A stretch of DNA of 62,496 nt, the filler included, from Chiloscyllium plagiosum (Eukaryota), in NCBI RefSeq assembly GCF_004010195.1. It is 3 parts of one record of this genome, joined end to end, with 100 filler letters (N's around TTAATTAATTAA, not from the genome) between each part and the next. Parts side by side here need not be neighbours in the genome. Positions count along the whole stretch, not along the records: positions 50,188 to 62,496 come from NC_057713.1; 2 more parts are not named here. One strand, given 5' to 3'. The translations under genes and the position numbers were made by a program. The number at the start of each line of letters is the position of its first letter. Position 1 is the stretch's first letter. Shown here in pieces: positions 51,301 through 62,496 of the stretch. The notes below the pieces were generated by a model, which was given only the letters and a program-made list of their open reading frames with translations, searched no databases and was not told where the DNA came from.

Positions 51301-52486
51301 GAAACTGTGCACTGGTCCATTTGAAGATTCTGATCAAACCCTGCTGTCATCAGGCCGTCTGTAATATACTCTGACAGCTCTCAGTCACAACACTCCGCCT
51401 TAAAGAAGATTTAAACTCTGGTTCAGATTCTTCACTTCACATCCCTGATTCCGGCATCTCTCTGACTGAGAAATTCTGTTCCTTAAGTGGGAGGAACACC
51501 TTGCAAGCGTTTAAACTAAGGAGAGTTTACTCGCCAAATCCCCAGGACTGGATTGTGATTTGCTTTCTTGTCATCTAAGGGAATATGGATTGAGGATGAT
51601 ATTAATGCTGCCTGCCAGGTTGCCCGAATTTCCCTGTCATCTAACAGTAAACCAGTGGTCAGTGCAGACATTGGATGCAGCAATGGAAACCAGAATCTAA
51701 AATCATCAGAGAGCTCTCAGAAACCTTTTTTCTCAAGAGCAGCACACTTCACTGTGTTGAATACCTGGTTGAATCTTTCCATAGTGTAAAATAACGAGCT
51801 GCGGATGCTGGAGATCTGAAAACCTGTTTTAATTTGTCCATTCACTGGGCCAAACACATTTAGAAGAATTATTCTCCTTGCCCACTCCAAGAACAGTGGA
51901 AATTGGGAAAGTGTGGGAAATGTTTATCTCTGCGTCACTTTAAAAGATGTGGAAAACGTGAAACATGACAGCAGTAGTGTTTTAACAAGTTTGTGACAAC
52001 TGTGACCAAAGCCACCTGGAATCAGGGTGTAGGATTTGTGAAAAATTGAAGTTATTTTGGTCCTTCACTGCCATTATTTATTACAAATTCTGATTAAGTT
52101 TACAGCAGATAGTTTGAATTCAGTTTACTAATGTGAGATGTCAGTTTATGTGTTGCTAAATATGATGTGATCAGTATTACTGACTTATCGATCAGGTTTT
52201 GATTTGAATTGAATCTGCCTGTGAGGCTGACTTCATGTCCTTTAGATGTTGCTTTGATATACTTTGTTGTGATTAGGGATTTTGTTTAGAAGCTAACTTC
52301 AGAGATAGTCAGTGCTCATGGCTTAGACTTACTACTCCAAGTGTTTGTGTCTGTTTTATACCTGTTTACAGCTGAGATGAAACAAGTCCATTTTTAAATT
52401 ATTTCCCTAAGAGTACCCGTGTGAGGTCTTTATTTTGTGTGTGTCTCACTCTCATTCTTTGCTGGTTTTCCAGCCCATTCCAAACA

Positions 52487-52764
52487 ATGCGCTTCACTTC
52501 TCTGCTTCTCTTCTTCCGGCCTGCTCTGCCACTCATCCTGGGACTCTCCTTGGGCTGCAGCCTGAGTTTGCTGCGAGTCTCCTGGAGTCAGGGAGATGGG
52601 CATGAATCATGTATGGATGCTGGGGACAGCAGGGGGCTGCCCCATGATACCAGTCACCTGGAGCCCAGATTGGAAAACGGAGAGTTCAGTGACAACAAAG
52701 AGTATGAACCCAGAATTGTCCCTTATTACAAAGATCCCAACAAGCCTCACAAGAAAGTGCTCAG
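52487..52764 (+). CDS. CHPF2: Chondroitin polymerizing factor 2, first coding exon
   Basis: ATG at 52487; MRFTSLLLFFRPALPLILGLSLGCSLSLLRVSWSQG...EYEPRIVPYYKDPNKPHKKVLR matches the recalled CHPF2 N-terminus (RPALPLILGLSLGCSLSLLRVSW; PRIVPYYRDPNKPYKKVLR) rather than CHPF. Acceptor ttttccag at 52473; donor AG|gtaaga at 52765 (phase 2). Confidence 0.93.
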
Positions 52765-53579
52765 GTAAGAATTTAGGATGAAAAGAAATACATGTAAACA
52801 ATGTTTAAAAGCAAATGCACTCACATTTGGAGTATTTGATTTTGTTCTGCAAAGACAAGAGTTTTTTTTCGTATTAATTATTCCGTTTGTTATCCTCTTG
52901 CTGCAAAAGTTCTGACCAGTGCTGTAACAGCCAGCCCAAATGCCCACGTGTAAATTTTAAATTGAGAGTGGTGGGAAACTATTCAACCTACAGACGACAT
53001 CATAGTTATATCTGATTCTGTCCTTGCCTGATGTTCCTCCAGAAACTCTAATGTTCTGGGAGACATAGGTTCAAATCCCACTGCTCATAAAGGGCTTTTG
53101 CCCGAAATGTCGATGCTGCCTGACCTGCTGTGCTTTTCCAGTACCACTGGAATTCCACGAGACTCAAATTCCACTGCAGCAGTGATAAGAATTGCATTCA
53201 GTAGAAGTCTGGAATAAAAAGCTAATGTATTGATGACCACTTAACTATTGTTAACATTTTAGCTCATTAGTGCCCTTTGGGGAGACAATCTCCTGTCCTT
53301 ACCTCCTCCAGCTGACATGTGATTCCAGACCCACAGCAATGTGGTTGACTCTTAACCGTCCTCTGAAATAGCCTAGCAAGCCATTCAGTTCAAGTGCAAT
53401 AAGGTATGGGCAATAAATGCTAGCCCAGCTAGTGACATACGTTCCATGGAGGAATTTTTTAAAAAAGCATGTCCGTGATTCATTAAGGAGCAATTGAGAG
53501 GCAGAGTATTAATCAATTCGTCAGTCATTAAAGACAGCAGTCATTCTGCAAGAATTATTATCAGCCATGGCTCACTTAA

Positions 53580-54850
53580 CATAGAACATTGAACATTACA
53601 GCGCAGTACAGGCCCTTTGGCCCTCGATGTTGCACTGCCCTGTCATACTAATCTGAAACCCAGGTAAAAACAATGACTGCAGATTCTGGAAACCAGATTC
53701 TGGATTAGTGGTGCTGGAAGAGCACAGCAGTTCAGGCAGCATCCAAGGAGCTTCGAAATCGACGTTTCGGGCAAAAGCCCTTCATCAGGAAGGGAACGGC
53801 GGTGAAGGGGGCCCAGGACCTCCATGTCCTCGGCAGAGTGGGAGGGGGAGTTGAAATGTTGGGCCACGGGGCGGTGTGATTGATTGGTGTGGGTGTCTCG
53901 GAGATGTTCCCTAAAGTGCTCTGCATATGCCTGTCCAATGATGACTTAAATGCACTTAAACTTGGCGAATCTACTACCGTTGCAGGCAAAGCATTCCATA
54001 CTACTCTCTGAGTAAAGAACCTATCTCTGACATCTATCTTATACCTATCTCCCCTCACTTTAAAGTTGTGTCCCCTCGTGTTTGCCGTCCCCATACTTGG
54101 AAAAAGGGTCTCCCTGTCCACCCTATCTAATCCTCTGATTATCTTGTATGTCTCTATTAAGTCACCTCTCAACCTTCTTCTCTCGAACGAGAACAGCCTC
54201 AAGGCCCTCAGCCTTTCCTCATAAGACCTTCCCTCTATACCAGGCAACATCCTAATAAATCTCCTCTGCACCCTTTCCAAAGCTTGCACATCCTTCTTAT
54301 AATGCGGTGACCACAACTGTACACAATACTCCAAATGTGGCCGTACCAGAGCTTTGTACACCTGCAGCATAACCTGCTGGTTCCGGAACTCAATCCCTCT
54401 ATTAATAAAAGCTAAAACACTGTATGCCGCCTTAACAACCCTGTCAATCTGGGTGACAGTTTTCAGGGATCTGTGTACATGGACGCCGAGATCGCTCTGC
54501 TGATCTGCACTCCCAAGAATCTTATCATTAGCCCAGTACTTTACATTCCGATTACTCCGTCCAAAGTGTATCACCTCACACTTGTCCACATTGAACTCCA
54601 TTTGCCACCTCTCAGCCCAGCTCTACATCCTATCTATGTCTCTCTGCAACCTACTACATCCTTCGTCACTATCCACAACTCCCCAGCCTTAGTGTTGTCC
54701 ACAAATTTACTAACCCACCCTTCTACGCCCTCATCCAGGTCATTTATAAAAAGGACGAACAGCAGTGGACCCAACACCGACCCTTGCGGTACGCCGCTTG
54801 TAACTGGACACCAAGATGAACATGTTCCATCAACTACAACCCTCTGTCCT
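53580..54850 (-). mobile_element. Young CR1 LINE 3' part in CHPF2 intron
   Basis: ORF 53732-54601 MEFNVDKCEVIHFG...RPHLEYCVQLWSP...; tail catagaacattgaacatt. Confidence 0.9.
53662..53923 (-). mobile_element. PLE fragment (GIY-YIG end plus hammerhead) nested in a CR1 3' end
   Basis: Minus-strand EHFREHLRDTHTNQSHRPVAQHFNSPSHSAEDMEVLG followed by an intact CTGATGA...GAAACGTC motif at 53761-53788. Confidence 0.75.
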
Positions 54851-56667
54851 TCCTGCTCCTGTAACTCAAGATTTTAGGGTCAAGCTTTGTCCAGTCCTGT
54901 AGTGTGATGGACGAGTTGGACCAAAGTGTCTGTTTCCGTGCTGTACATCTCTATTACTGTATGACCCACCTTTTAGATCAGTTATTAAATTAAGTTTCTG
55001 CCTGTCCCCTCATTGGTGTAAATGATATTGCAAAGAAGAGGTTATTGTGAAGAAGAGCAAAGGAATTTTCGCTGGCCACTGATTTTCCTGCTACCAACAC
55101 TCAAAATGCTTCATCTGATTGGTATCACATTATTGTTGGTGGAGCTTGCTGTGTGTAGGTTGACTGCTACCCCTCCTACTGGTGTGCTCTTGGCTGTAGT
55201 TGTTTATTCAAGCCTGCTGAGCAGCATCAGAACTATTCTAAAGCAGAATGTATCAGAGTTGAAATATTCACTCTGTTTCTGTCTCCACAGATGCTGCTAG
55301 ACCTGCTGAGTTTCTCCAGCATCTTTTCAGAATCTGCATTAACAGTTCTGGGTGAGGGAGACATAGGAAGGTGCCATTCCTGATTGAAGTGCATGCTGGT
55401 TAGGAAATGCTGAGATGGACACTGATGTGGTCAGCTTCAGGGCTGGGACCTTGCTCAGAAATTGCTGCCAAATGATAAAGGCTAGGCATTTTGTAAGAAT
55501 ATCAATGGGCTAAAATACTAGAGTACAGACAGTAAAAGAAGGAAGTATATTTCTTTGGTGTCATTTACAAGTCCAGAATTTGAAAGCCTTGGGCCATTCA
55601 GCCTATTGTGCCTGTGCTGGCTCTTTGAATGCTATTCAGGTAAGTCCATTTGTTTACAGCCTTTCTGCTGAGTATTTGTATGATTGTCTCCTGAATGTTA
55701 CTGCAGCTCCTCCCACTATGCTTTCAGACAATGATCTGAAATGCACTGCAACTCGATGTGTTAGGACATCCTGTTTCTCATTGCCAATCTGAATGAACGT
55801 TACGACATCACTGCCCCGGCAATAACAGTTTCTCCTTACTTACTCTCTCAAGATCCCTCAAGGTGTTGAATACCTCTGTAAGATCTTCTCTGTATGAGGG
55901 AGAACAATTGCAACTTTTTAAAGTTCTTTTATGGGTTGGGGGCATCTTGGCAAGCCCAGCATTTATCTGTCTATCACTCATTCCATATAACTGAAATACC
56001 TCTTCCAGTAGCGTTTTAGTCAATCCCATCTACACCCTCTGTAAAGCCCTGACATCGTCCTTCAGTGCTTTAGCTGAAGCTGAACTGTGGTTTGTGATAA
56101 CTTCATTGCTTTTGTAAAACCAAGGATTTTTTAAAATTACGTTTTCAACTTGTTTCATCCTGGTTAAGGAAGTGCTGTTGAAATGTCAGTACTGTTGTTA
56201 ATTCTGTTGTAATGCTACAGCCAATGTACACATAGAACAATTCTACAAATATCAATGAATCAAACACTTTTACTCATAGCGTTAACCAGTTTGCTTTAGT
56301 GATACTGATTGAGAGATGAAGTTTGCTAGGACGCTAGGGACAATTTCCCCTGCCTGTTTTCAAAAAGCAGTGTGGATTTTTCGAGTTCACCTACATTCCT
56401 CAAAAGGAAGCAGAAGCAGAGTACTTGAATATTTTTAAGGCAGAGATAGATTCTTGACAAACAAGGGGATGAAAGGTTATTGGGATAGGCAAGAAGGTGG
56501 AAAATCAGACCAGCCGCAGTCAGATTGAATAGTGGTGCAGATACAAGGGGTTGACTGTCTCACTCCTGCTTCTAACTGGTGTGCTCCAGAGGAGAAGGGC
56601 AGGTGTTACACTATCAAAGAGAGGTACAGGCATTGGTGGTTAAAGTTGTCTATTTCTTTTCACTCAG

Positions 56668-57229
56668 GACACGTTACATTCATACGGAGCTGGGAATTCG
56701 AGATCGACTCTTTGTTGGTGTCCTAACGTCTAAGGCTACCCTGAACACGTTGGCTATCTCTGTTAATCGAACCATAGGTCACCACTTCAACAGACTGATT
56801 TATTTTACTGGCTTTCGCAATACCAAGATCCCACATGGGATGCAGATAATCTCCCATGGAGATGACCGGCCAGTCTGGTTGATGTACCGGACCATCCAGT
56901 ACATTTACGAGCATTTTGGCAATGAGTTTGATTGGTTCTACCTGGTGCAGGACAACACTTACACCCAAGCTGAACGTATCAAGTCACTTGTTTCTCATCT
57001 AAGCATCAAAGACCTGTACCTGGGTCGGGCAGAGGAGTTCATCGGGGGTGACCCGGACTCCCGCTACTGTCACGGCGGTTATGGTTATGTGATGTCGCGG
57101 AGTATTCTTGTCAAGCTGCAGCAGTACTTGGACAGCTGTCGCAATGATATCCTGAGTGTTCGGCCTGATGAGTGGCTCGGTCGCTGCATCATCGATTACA
57201 TTGGTATCAGCTGCATTGATAAACACAAG
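56668..57229 (+). CDS. CHPF2: Chondroitin polymerizing factor 2, second coding exon (glycosyltransferase-like domain)
   Basis: ttttcactcag acceptor at 56667; (R)TRYIHTELGIRDRLFVGVLTS...FDWFYLVQDNTY...DLYLGRAEEFIGG...RPDEWLGRCIID...DKHK; donor AAG|gtcagt at 57230. No later exon was found inside the window. Confidence 0.94.
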
Positions 57230-59429
57230 GTCAGTGGCCAGTCACTTTCTCCTCCTGTCATATTTGGAAGATAGTGGCAGCATCGTCTTTACCCACATAG
57301 TGATGAGACTGTGAAATTCTCCACTGTAGTGAGTAGTTGAGACAATAGCATAGGTACAGTTAAGTACGTGAGCAATATAGGGAGAAATATGGAACACCCT
57401 CCCACAAAGCAGGAGATACTAGCTCAGTAATTACCCCTGCTACTAAAGGTGGCAAGAATTAGTGTTTTCCCACATTTATCAGTCTGTTTAAAAAATGTAT
57501 CTCAATGTAGTGGATGGATTTTAACAAAGTTTAGCCTAAGGAAGAATTCTTTACCTTTTGGTGGAGGTTCAAATCTTGAAAAATTATATGCAGATGACAG
57601 CCGAGAATCTCTGAACTATTAATCCCGAGACCCGCTGTGCTTTTCCAGCACTACACTCTCAACTAATGTTCTGGTGACCCAGGTTCAAATGCTGCCAACT
57701 TGAATTCAATAGAAAATCTAAAATTCAGAAATTAATGATGACCATCAAATTTTTTTTCAATTGTCGGAAAACCCATCTGGTTCATAATGTCCTTTAGACA
57801 AGGTCACTACTACCCCTACTTGGTCTGCCTACATGTAATTCCATACCCACGGCAATTAGGATGGGCAATAAATAGCCAATGGTGCCCAGATTCTGTGAAT
57901 GAATAACAAATTGGGGAATTTATTAAAATTGGGATGGGGCAAATTGATTTTTTTTTTTGTTGAAGTGTTGCAGATTGTTTCTGCTGTTGTGGTGAATTTT
58001 GTCAAAATGTGAGCAGAACATTGGAACCGTAACTCACTGCCCCCAAAGTTGCAAGTAGAGAAGACCCACTGATTTCATAAAGAAATTGGATGGGGACCTT
58101 GGAGAGATAAACGGAAGGACTACAGGAATTGAACAGCAGAACCAACCTGCACTATGGAGAGCAGATATGATTGGCAGAATAGTTGTTTTTAACCTGTGAC
58201 ATGAGAGGGCATATTGGTTCTTGTTCTAACCAAATGATTATACCTCCCAGCTGTGCAACTGTCATCCCAGCTACTGCACTGGTCTTGTAAAGCTTGATTC
58301 TGTGCTCCAGCTTGTCTGCAGTTGGAATCCGTGTTGAACTTGGGTCTTCGTTGTCTGTAGCTCCATCAGTTGTCTTTCCTCCCTTAGCTGGGAATGAGGC
58401 AGGTCAGTGCTTCGATCTTCCCCTGTCAGGGGATCACTGCATTGTCTGATGTTGATGGTGGTTCACCAGGAGAGTTCCACGTTTTATTCCCAAACTGTAC
58501 CAGATTGTTTGATCTTGGATGCAACAGTCGAAGAGGATGTTCCAATTACTTTGTTTCTCAGGGCCATTTTATTTCCCTAACCTTTACCGAGTGACCCCAG
58601 TCCCCATTAGTACAGATTTTGAGTGAATGTGGGGCTGGGGTGGAATGATGGCCTCTGGAGCTGCGTCCATTCCTGGTGCTAAGGTGAAGTGACCACTTGT
58701 CTGAGTTGGCAGAATGCCGGGTCAGCTTATTGAAGCCACAGCAAGTGCCCTGTGCCTTTGGGAAAGGAGAACATTGAGAAGGCAATAAGTCTAGGCAAGA
58801 AACAAGCAAGTCACTGAAAGTTCATTACCAACTAGTGGTTTTAACAGAAGGCACTAATTTGAATGTTTCCTTAGTTCCTGTCTCATGCTGTGAACATAAC
58901 GAGTAGCAGATGATAATTTTTACATCGGCCAGGGTCTGTCCTTGTAAACCACTGAGCATCCTTCTTTGAATGTAGAGGATGTTTTTTAAATGCAGAGTGC
59001 TTATTGGGAATTAACCCCAGTCTTAATGAATGTTGCAAGTGGCAACAGGGTTACCAATCTTGGATGGTATTGGGCTTCTTGAGTGTTGTTTGGAGCTGCA
59101 AGTGGAGGTTATTCCAACGCAATCCTGACTTACGGATTATGGTTGAGGGAACATTGCAGTAGGGGAACACTGAAGGAATGGAGGTAAGAAATGAGTGAGT
59201 GATGGTGAAAGAGATCCAGTGGCAATGACCTTCTGAAAGAAGCAGCCTCCATTCTCCAGTGTGTAGTGACAGTTCCCTCAATTCTGAGAGACCTGGCTGC
59301 TTTCCTGTTCTCTCAATGGCACAGACTTTTCCATAGTGGGAATCAGGGGAGGTGGTGATGTATTATTGCCAATAATTTATTGTCCATTAATTGCCACTAA
59401 GTTATTTCAAAAGGCATTTAAGGGTCAGC

Positions 59430-59810
59430 TACATAAGGGGTGTCAATGAAGAGGGGCAGCAGCACTGTCGGAGGGTTAGTTACTGAGGGAGCTACCCATT
59501 TTCAAAGGTTTTGTGCTGGGGGAGTACCATACTGTCAGTACTGGAGAAGCGCAATACTGTCAGAGGATGTCTTCAGACAGTCAGTGCAGGAGGACATCTG
59601 CATTGTTGGAGGGTTAGTGCTGAGGGATCACTTCACTTTTGGTGGGGTTGTGCTGAGGGATGGCCAAATTGTCGGAGGTCTGCTTGGAGTGTCAGTTCTG
59701 AAATAGAGCTGTATGTCAGAGGATCTGTTCGGAGAACCACAGTGGCAGACAGGCTATCTTTCAGGTGAATTAATAAAGGGATCCAATTCCCTTCCAGTGG
59801 GGAAAAAAGT
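59430..59810 (+). repeat. Degenerate tandem array of a Deu-SINE-like motif
   Basis: Repeated variants of gtactgaggga...cactgtcggagggtta; Deu-SINE-like tails also at about 61130-61320 and 14950-15180 (minus). Confidence 0.45.
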
Positions 59811-59834
59811 TTCGACTGCATCATTTTCCTGGCC

Positions 59835-61120
59835 ATAGAATCATAAAAATCTACAGCACAGAAAATGACCCTTTGACCAATTGAGTCTGTGCTGGCCAGT
59901 AACAAACATCTTACTATTATAACTCCATTTTCTATCACTTGGCTCACAACCTTGTGCAATTGCGATGCCAAGGCATACATCTAACTATTTCTTAAATGTT
60001 CTGTCTCTACCACCCTTGCAGGCAGTTTGTTCCAGATTCTCACCAACCTCTGGGTGAAAGGGTTTTTCCTGATGTCCCCTCTGAATCTTTTGCCCTTTGC
60101 CTTAAATCTATGTTACTGGCCTTTCCATCAAGGAGAAATATTTCTTCTTGCTTCCCTATCTGTGCCCCTCATTATTTATACATCTCAATATGCCTTCCCT
60201 CAATGTCCTCTGCTCAAAGGAAAACAATGCCAATCTCAGAGTCATAGAGATGCACAGCACGGAAACAGACCCTTCGGTCCGACTCGCTCATACTGATCAG
60301 GTATCCCAACCCAATCTAGTCCCACCTGCCCGCACCTGGACCATATCCCTTCTATTCATATACCCATCCAGATGTTTTCTAAATGTTGCAATTGTACTAG
60401 CCTCCCCCACTTCCTGTGGCAGCTCATCTGTTCAATCTCTCCTCATAATTGAATTTCTACAGCCCAGGCAACATCCTGGTAAATCTCCACTGCACCCTCT
60501 GCAGCGTTGTCATATTCCTCCCATAATGTGAAATCTAGAGCTGCACACAATACTCCAGCTGTGTCCTAACCAATGTTTTTTACATTGCCAGCATAACCTC
60601 CCTGCTCTTACACTGTGTCTCAGCTAATAAAAGCAAGTATCCCATATGCCGCCTTAACCACTTTATCACCTGTCCTGATACCTTAAGGTACTGGTGGACA
60701 TGCCCACCCTGGTCCTCTGATCCTTGGTGCTTCCCATCATGTGTTCCTTTGCCTTGTTTGTCCTGCCCAATTGCATCATCTCAGAATGAACTTCATTCAC
60801 CGTGGATTGCCCATCTGACCTGCCCATTGATATCCTCTTGTAGTCTAAGGCTTTCCTCATTACTATTTTTCACCTCATCAATTTTTGTATTTTGTGCAAA
60901 CTTATTGATCAAACTTTCTATATTCAAGTCTAAATCATTTACATAAACTGCAAACAGCAAGGACTCCAACACCGACCCAGTGGGATCCCACTGGATACAG
61001 CCTTGCCATTGAAAAAGTACCCCTCAACCTTTACCCACTACGTCCCGTCTTCCGGTCATTTGTGGATTCACTTTGCCATACTTCCTTGGATCCTGTGGGC
61101 TTTTATCTTTACTTTCAGTC
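59835..61120 (-). mobile_element. Decayed CR1 LINE fragments
   Basis: Reverse-strand CR1 3' ends and RT remnants (plus-strand ctgcacacaatactccag; catagaatcata-type tails). Confidence 0.65.
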
Positions 61121-62317
61121 TCCAATAATTATTTATCAACAACAAGCATGACTCAAACTGTTTGGACATTCGTTGCAGCTGTTTTTGGGATCATACTGTG
61201 CACAAGTGATTGCTGCATTTCTGTTACAAGTGACTGTATGCCAGAAGTATTTCATTGACTATGAAACCGTTTGAGTTTTTCTGAGGTGGTTACAATGCGC
61301 TGGAGAACTGAGATCTCTCTTGATGTTGAGACTGCCATTCTGCTTTCATGGGGATTTCTCCAGCTTATTGAAATTTTTCAGTGGTTTTTAAATCTTTGTG
61401 AAGCTGCTCCAGGAGGTTTCTGTGCTTGATCTGTCTGGACTGCATAAATGAGGGAGAGGCTGAGGCAAGAGAGCTTGTGCTGTTCTTGAAGAAAGCTCAT
61501 GGTGGAATCGGTTGAGAGTAGATGTACCATTTCCAACTATGAAAGATTTTGCTTGTTTCTTTAATTACTGAGAGCTGTTTAGTTTTTGAAAACGAGTGAC
61601 CTTCAATTTGAAACACAAAATTGTTTGGAATTTTGTTGTGCCTAATCGTTTAACAAAGCAGTCTGCTGTTGCTTGTGGCAATCTCATGAGTGAGGCTTCA
61701 GTACTTCATTCACTCTGGTGGGCTGTTACTGATTGCTGAGCACACATTGCATGCCACTGACAACTGCACTCTGAGATGATTGACCTGTGCTCTACAGAAC
61801 AGTTGCCAGAGCCACTTGCTTGTGTAAACTAGGGTGAGCGTGTCAGTTGCTATCCTCTTTCTGACACCAATTTGGAAAACTCATTTAATTTCCAGTTTAT
61901 GTACACGTGTTTGTTGTGACAGGACTACGTTTAAAAAGAAAAGTACAGGAGAGACCGAGAAAGTGCAAGAGCTCTGGGATTAATCGGGTGGTCTGTTGCA
62001 AAATGCCAATACAGACATGATTGGCTGAATGACCCCTCAATGCATCACAGTTCAGTGATCTGTAGTCTTCTAGAATTTTTCATTCAAGCAGTACCTGGAA
62101 GACTTGGAAATAACTGGACATTTTCACAGGAATGCTACTGATATCTCAGAACAGTAAACAAAATAACTACATGTACTTGTACTATTTCAAACTGTTCCAT
62201 GACTATTTTGCAAGGACACCAGAAGACCGTGAGCTCTGTGTGTGGGCGAGACTTTGTGGCAAAATAATCTAGTCTAGTGCTCCACTGCAGTGTTGTGGGT
62301 AGATATTTCGAGGCATC

Positions 62318-62496
62318 CCCACCCTGTCAGTGAGGGGCGTGCAGTGCTGAGGGACCCTCACCCTGTCACTGAGGGGTGGGCAGTGCTGAGGGATCCTCAC
62401 CCAGTCAGTGAGGGGTGGGCAGTGCTGAGGGATCCTCACCCAGTCAGTGAGGGGTGGGCAGTGCTGAGAGATCCTCACCCTGTCAGTGAGGGGTGG
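62318..62496. repeat. 39-bp minisatellite running off the window end
   Basis: Unit GCAGTGCTGAGGGATCCTCACCCAGTCAGTGAGGGGTGG, about 4.5 copies. Confidence 0.9.

Noticed and set aside
50378..51350. Long overlapping ORFs (up to 255 aa) in the GC-rich region
   Set aside because: Expected from stop-codon scarcity in a CpG island; low-complexity translations with no recognisable domain.
52487..57229. Assignment as CHPF (CSS2) rather than CHPF2
   Set aside because: Diagnostic segments (ALPLILGLSLGCSLSLLRVSW, IVPYYKDPNKP, SHGDDRPVWLM, LGRAEEFIG) match recalled CHPF2, not CHPF.
62318..62496. Regular repeats as a CRISPR array or repeat-protein exon
   Set aside because: No unique spacers and a eukaryotic context; the 13-aa periodic ORF is a by-product of the 39-bp unit.
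57230..62496. Third CHPF2 coding exon
   Set aside because: No frame resembling the expected continuation was found; it probably lies beyond the window.

Overview
Eukaryotic, repeat-dense vertebrate genomic DNA, most likely a cartilaginous fish (shark), inferred from HE1-like/Deu-like SINEs, CR1 LINEs and Penelope-like elements (PLEs). Two spliced protein-coding genes lie on the + strand. The first is the 3' part of a TRIM-family gene: five exons of 96, 240, 23, 137 and 617 nt (1135-21085) that splice into an uninterrupted 370-aa coiled-coil + PRY-SPRY/B30.2 frame. The second is the 5' part of CHPF2: a CpG-island promoter at about 50500-51300 and coding exons 52487-52764 and 56668-57229. The remainder is mostly CR1 LINE fragments, PLE fragments, SINEs, three solo-LTR-like elements, two Tigger/pogo-like MITEs and a fossil PIF/Harbinger transposase. 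The most notable hidden signal is four sequence-unrelated PLE-end families that each encode a minimal type-I hammerhead ribozyme motif (CUGANGA, extra nucleotide, stem II, GAAA, 4-nt palindromic stem III, UH). Several occur as short self-complementary insertions with 12-17 bp target-site duplications (TSDs), one probably in the TRIM 3' UTR and one at the centre of a 1.3-kb near-perfect palindrome. Two 100-bp assembly gaps carry an artificial TTAATTAATTAA linker. Repeat boundaries are approximate and family names come from recalled consensus features, not database searches.
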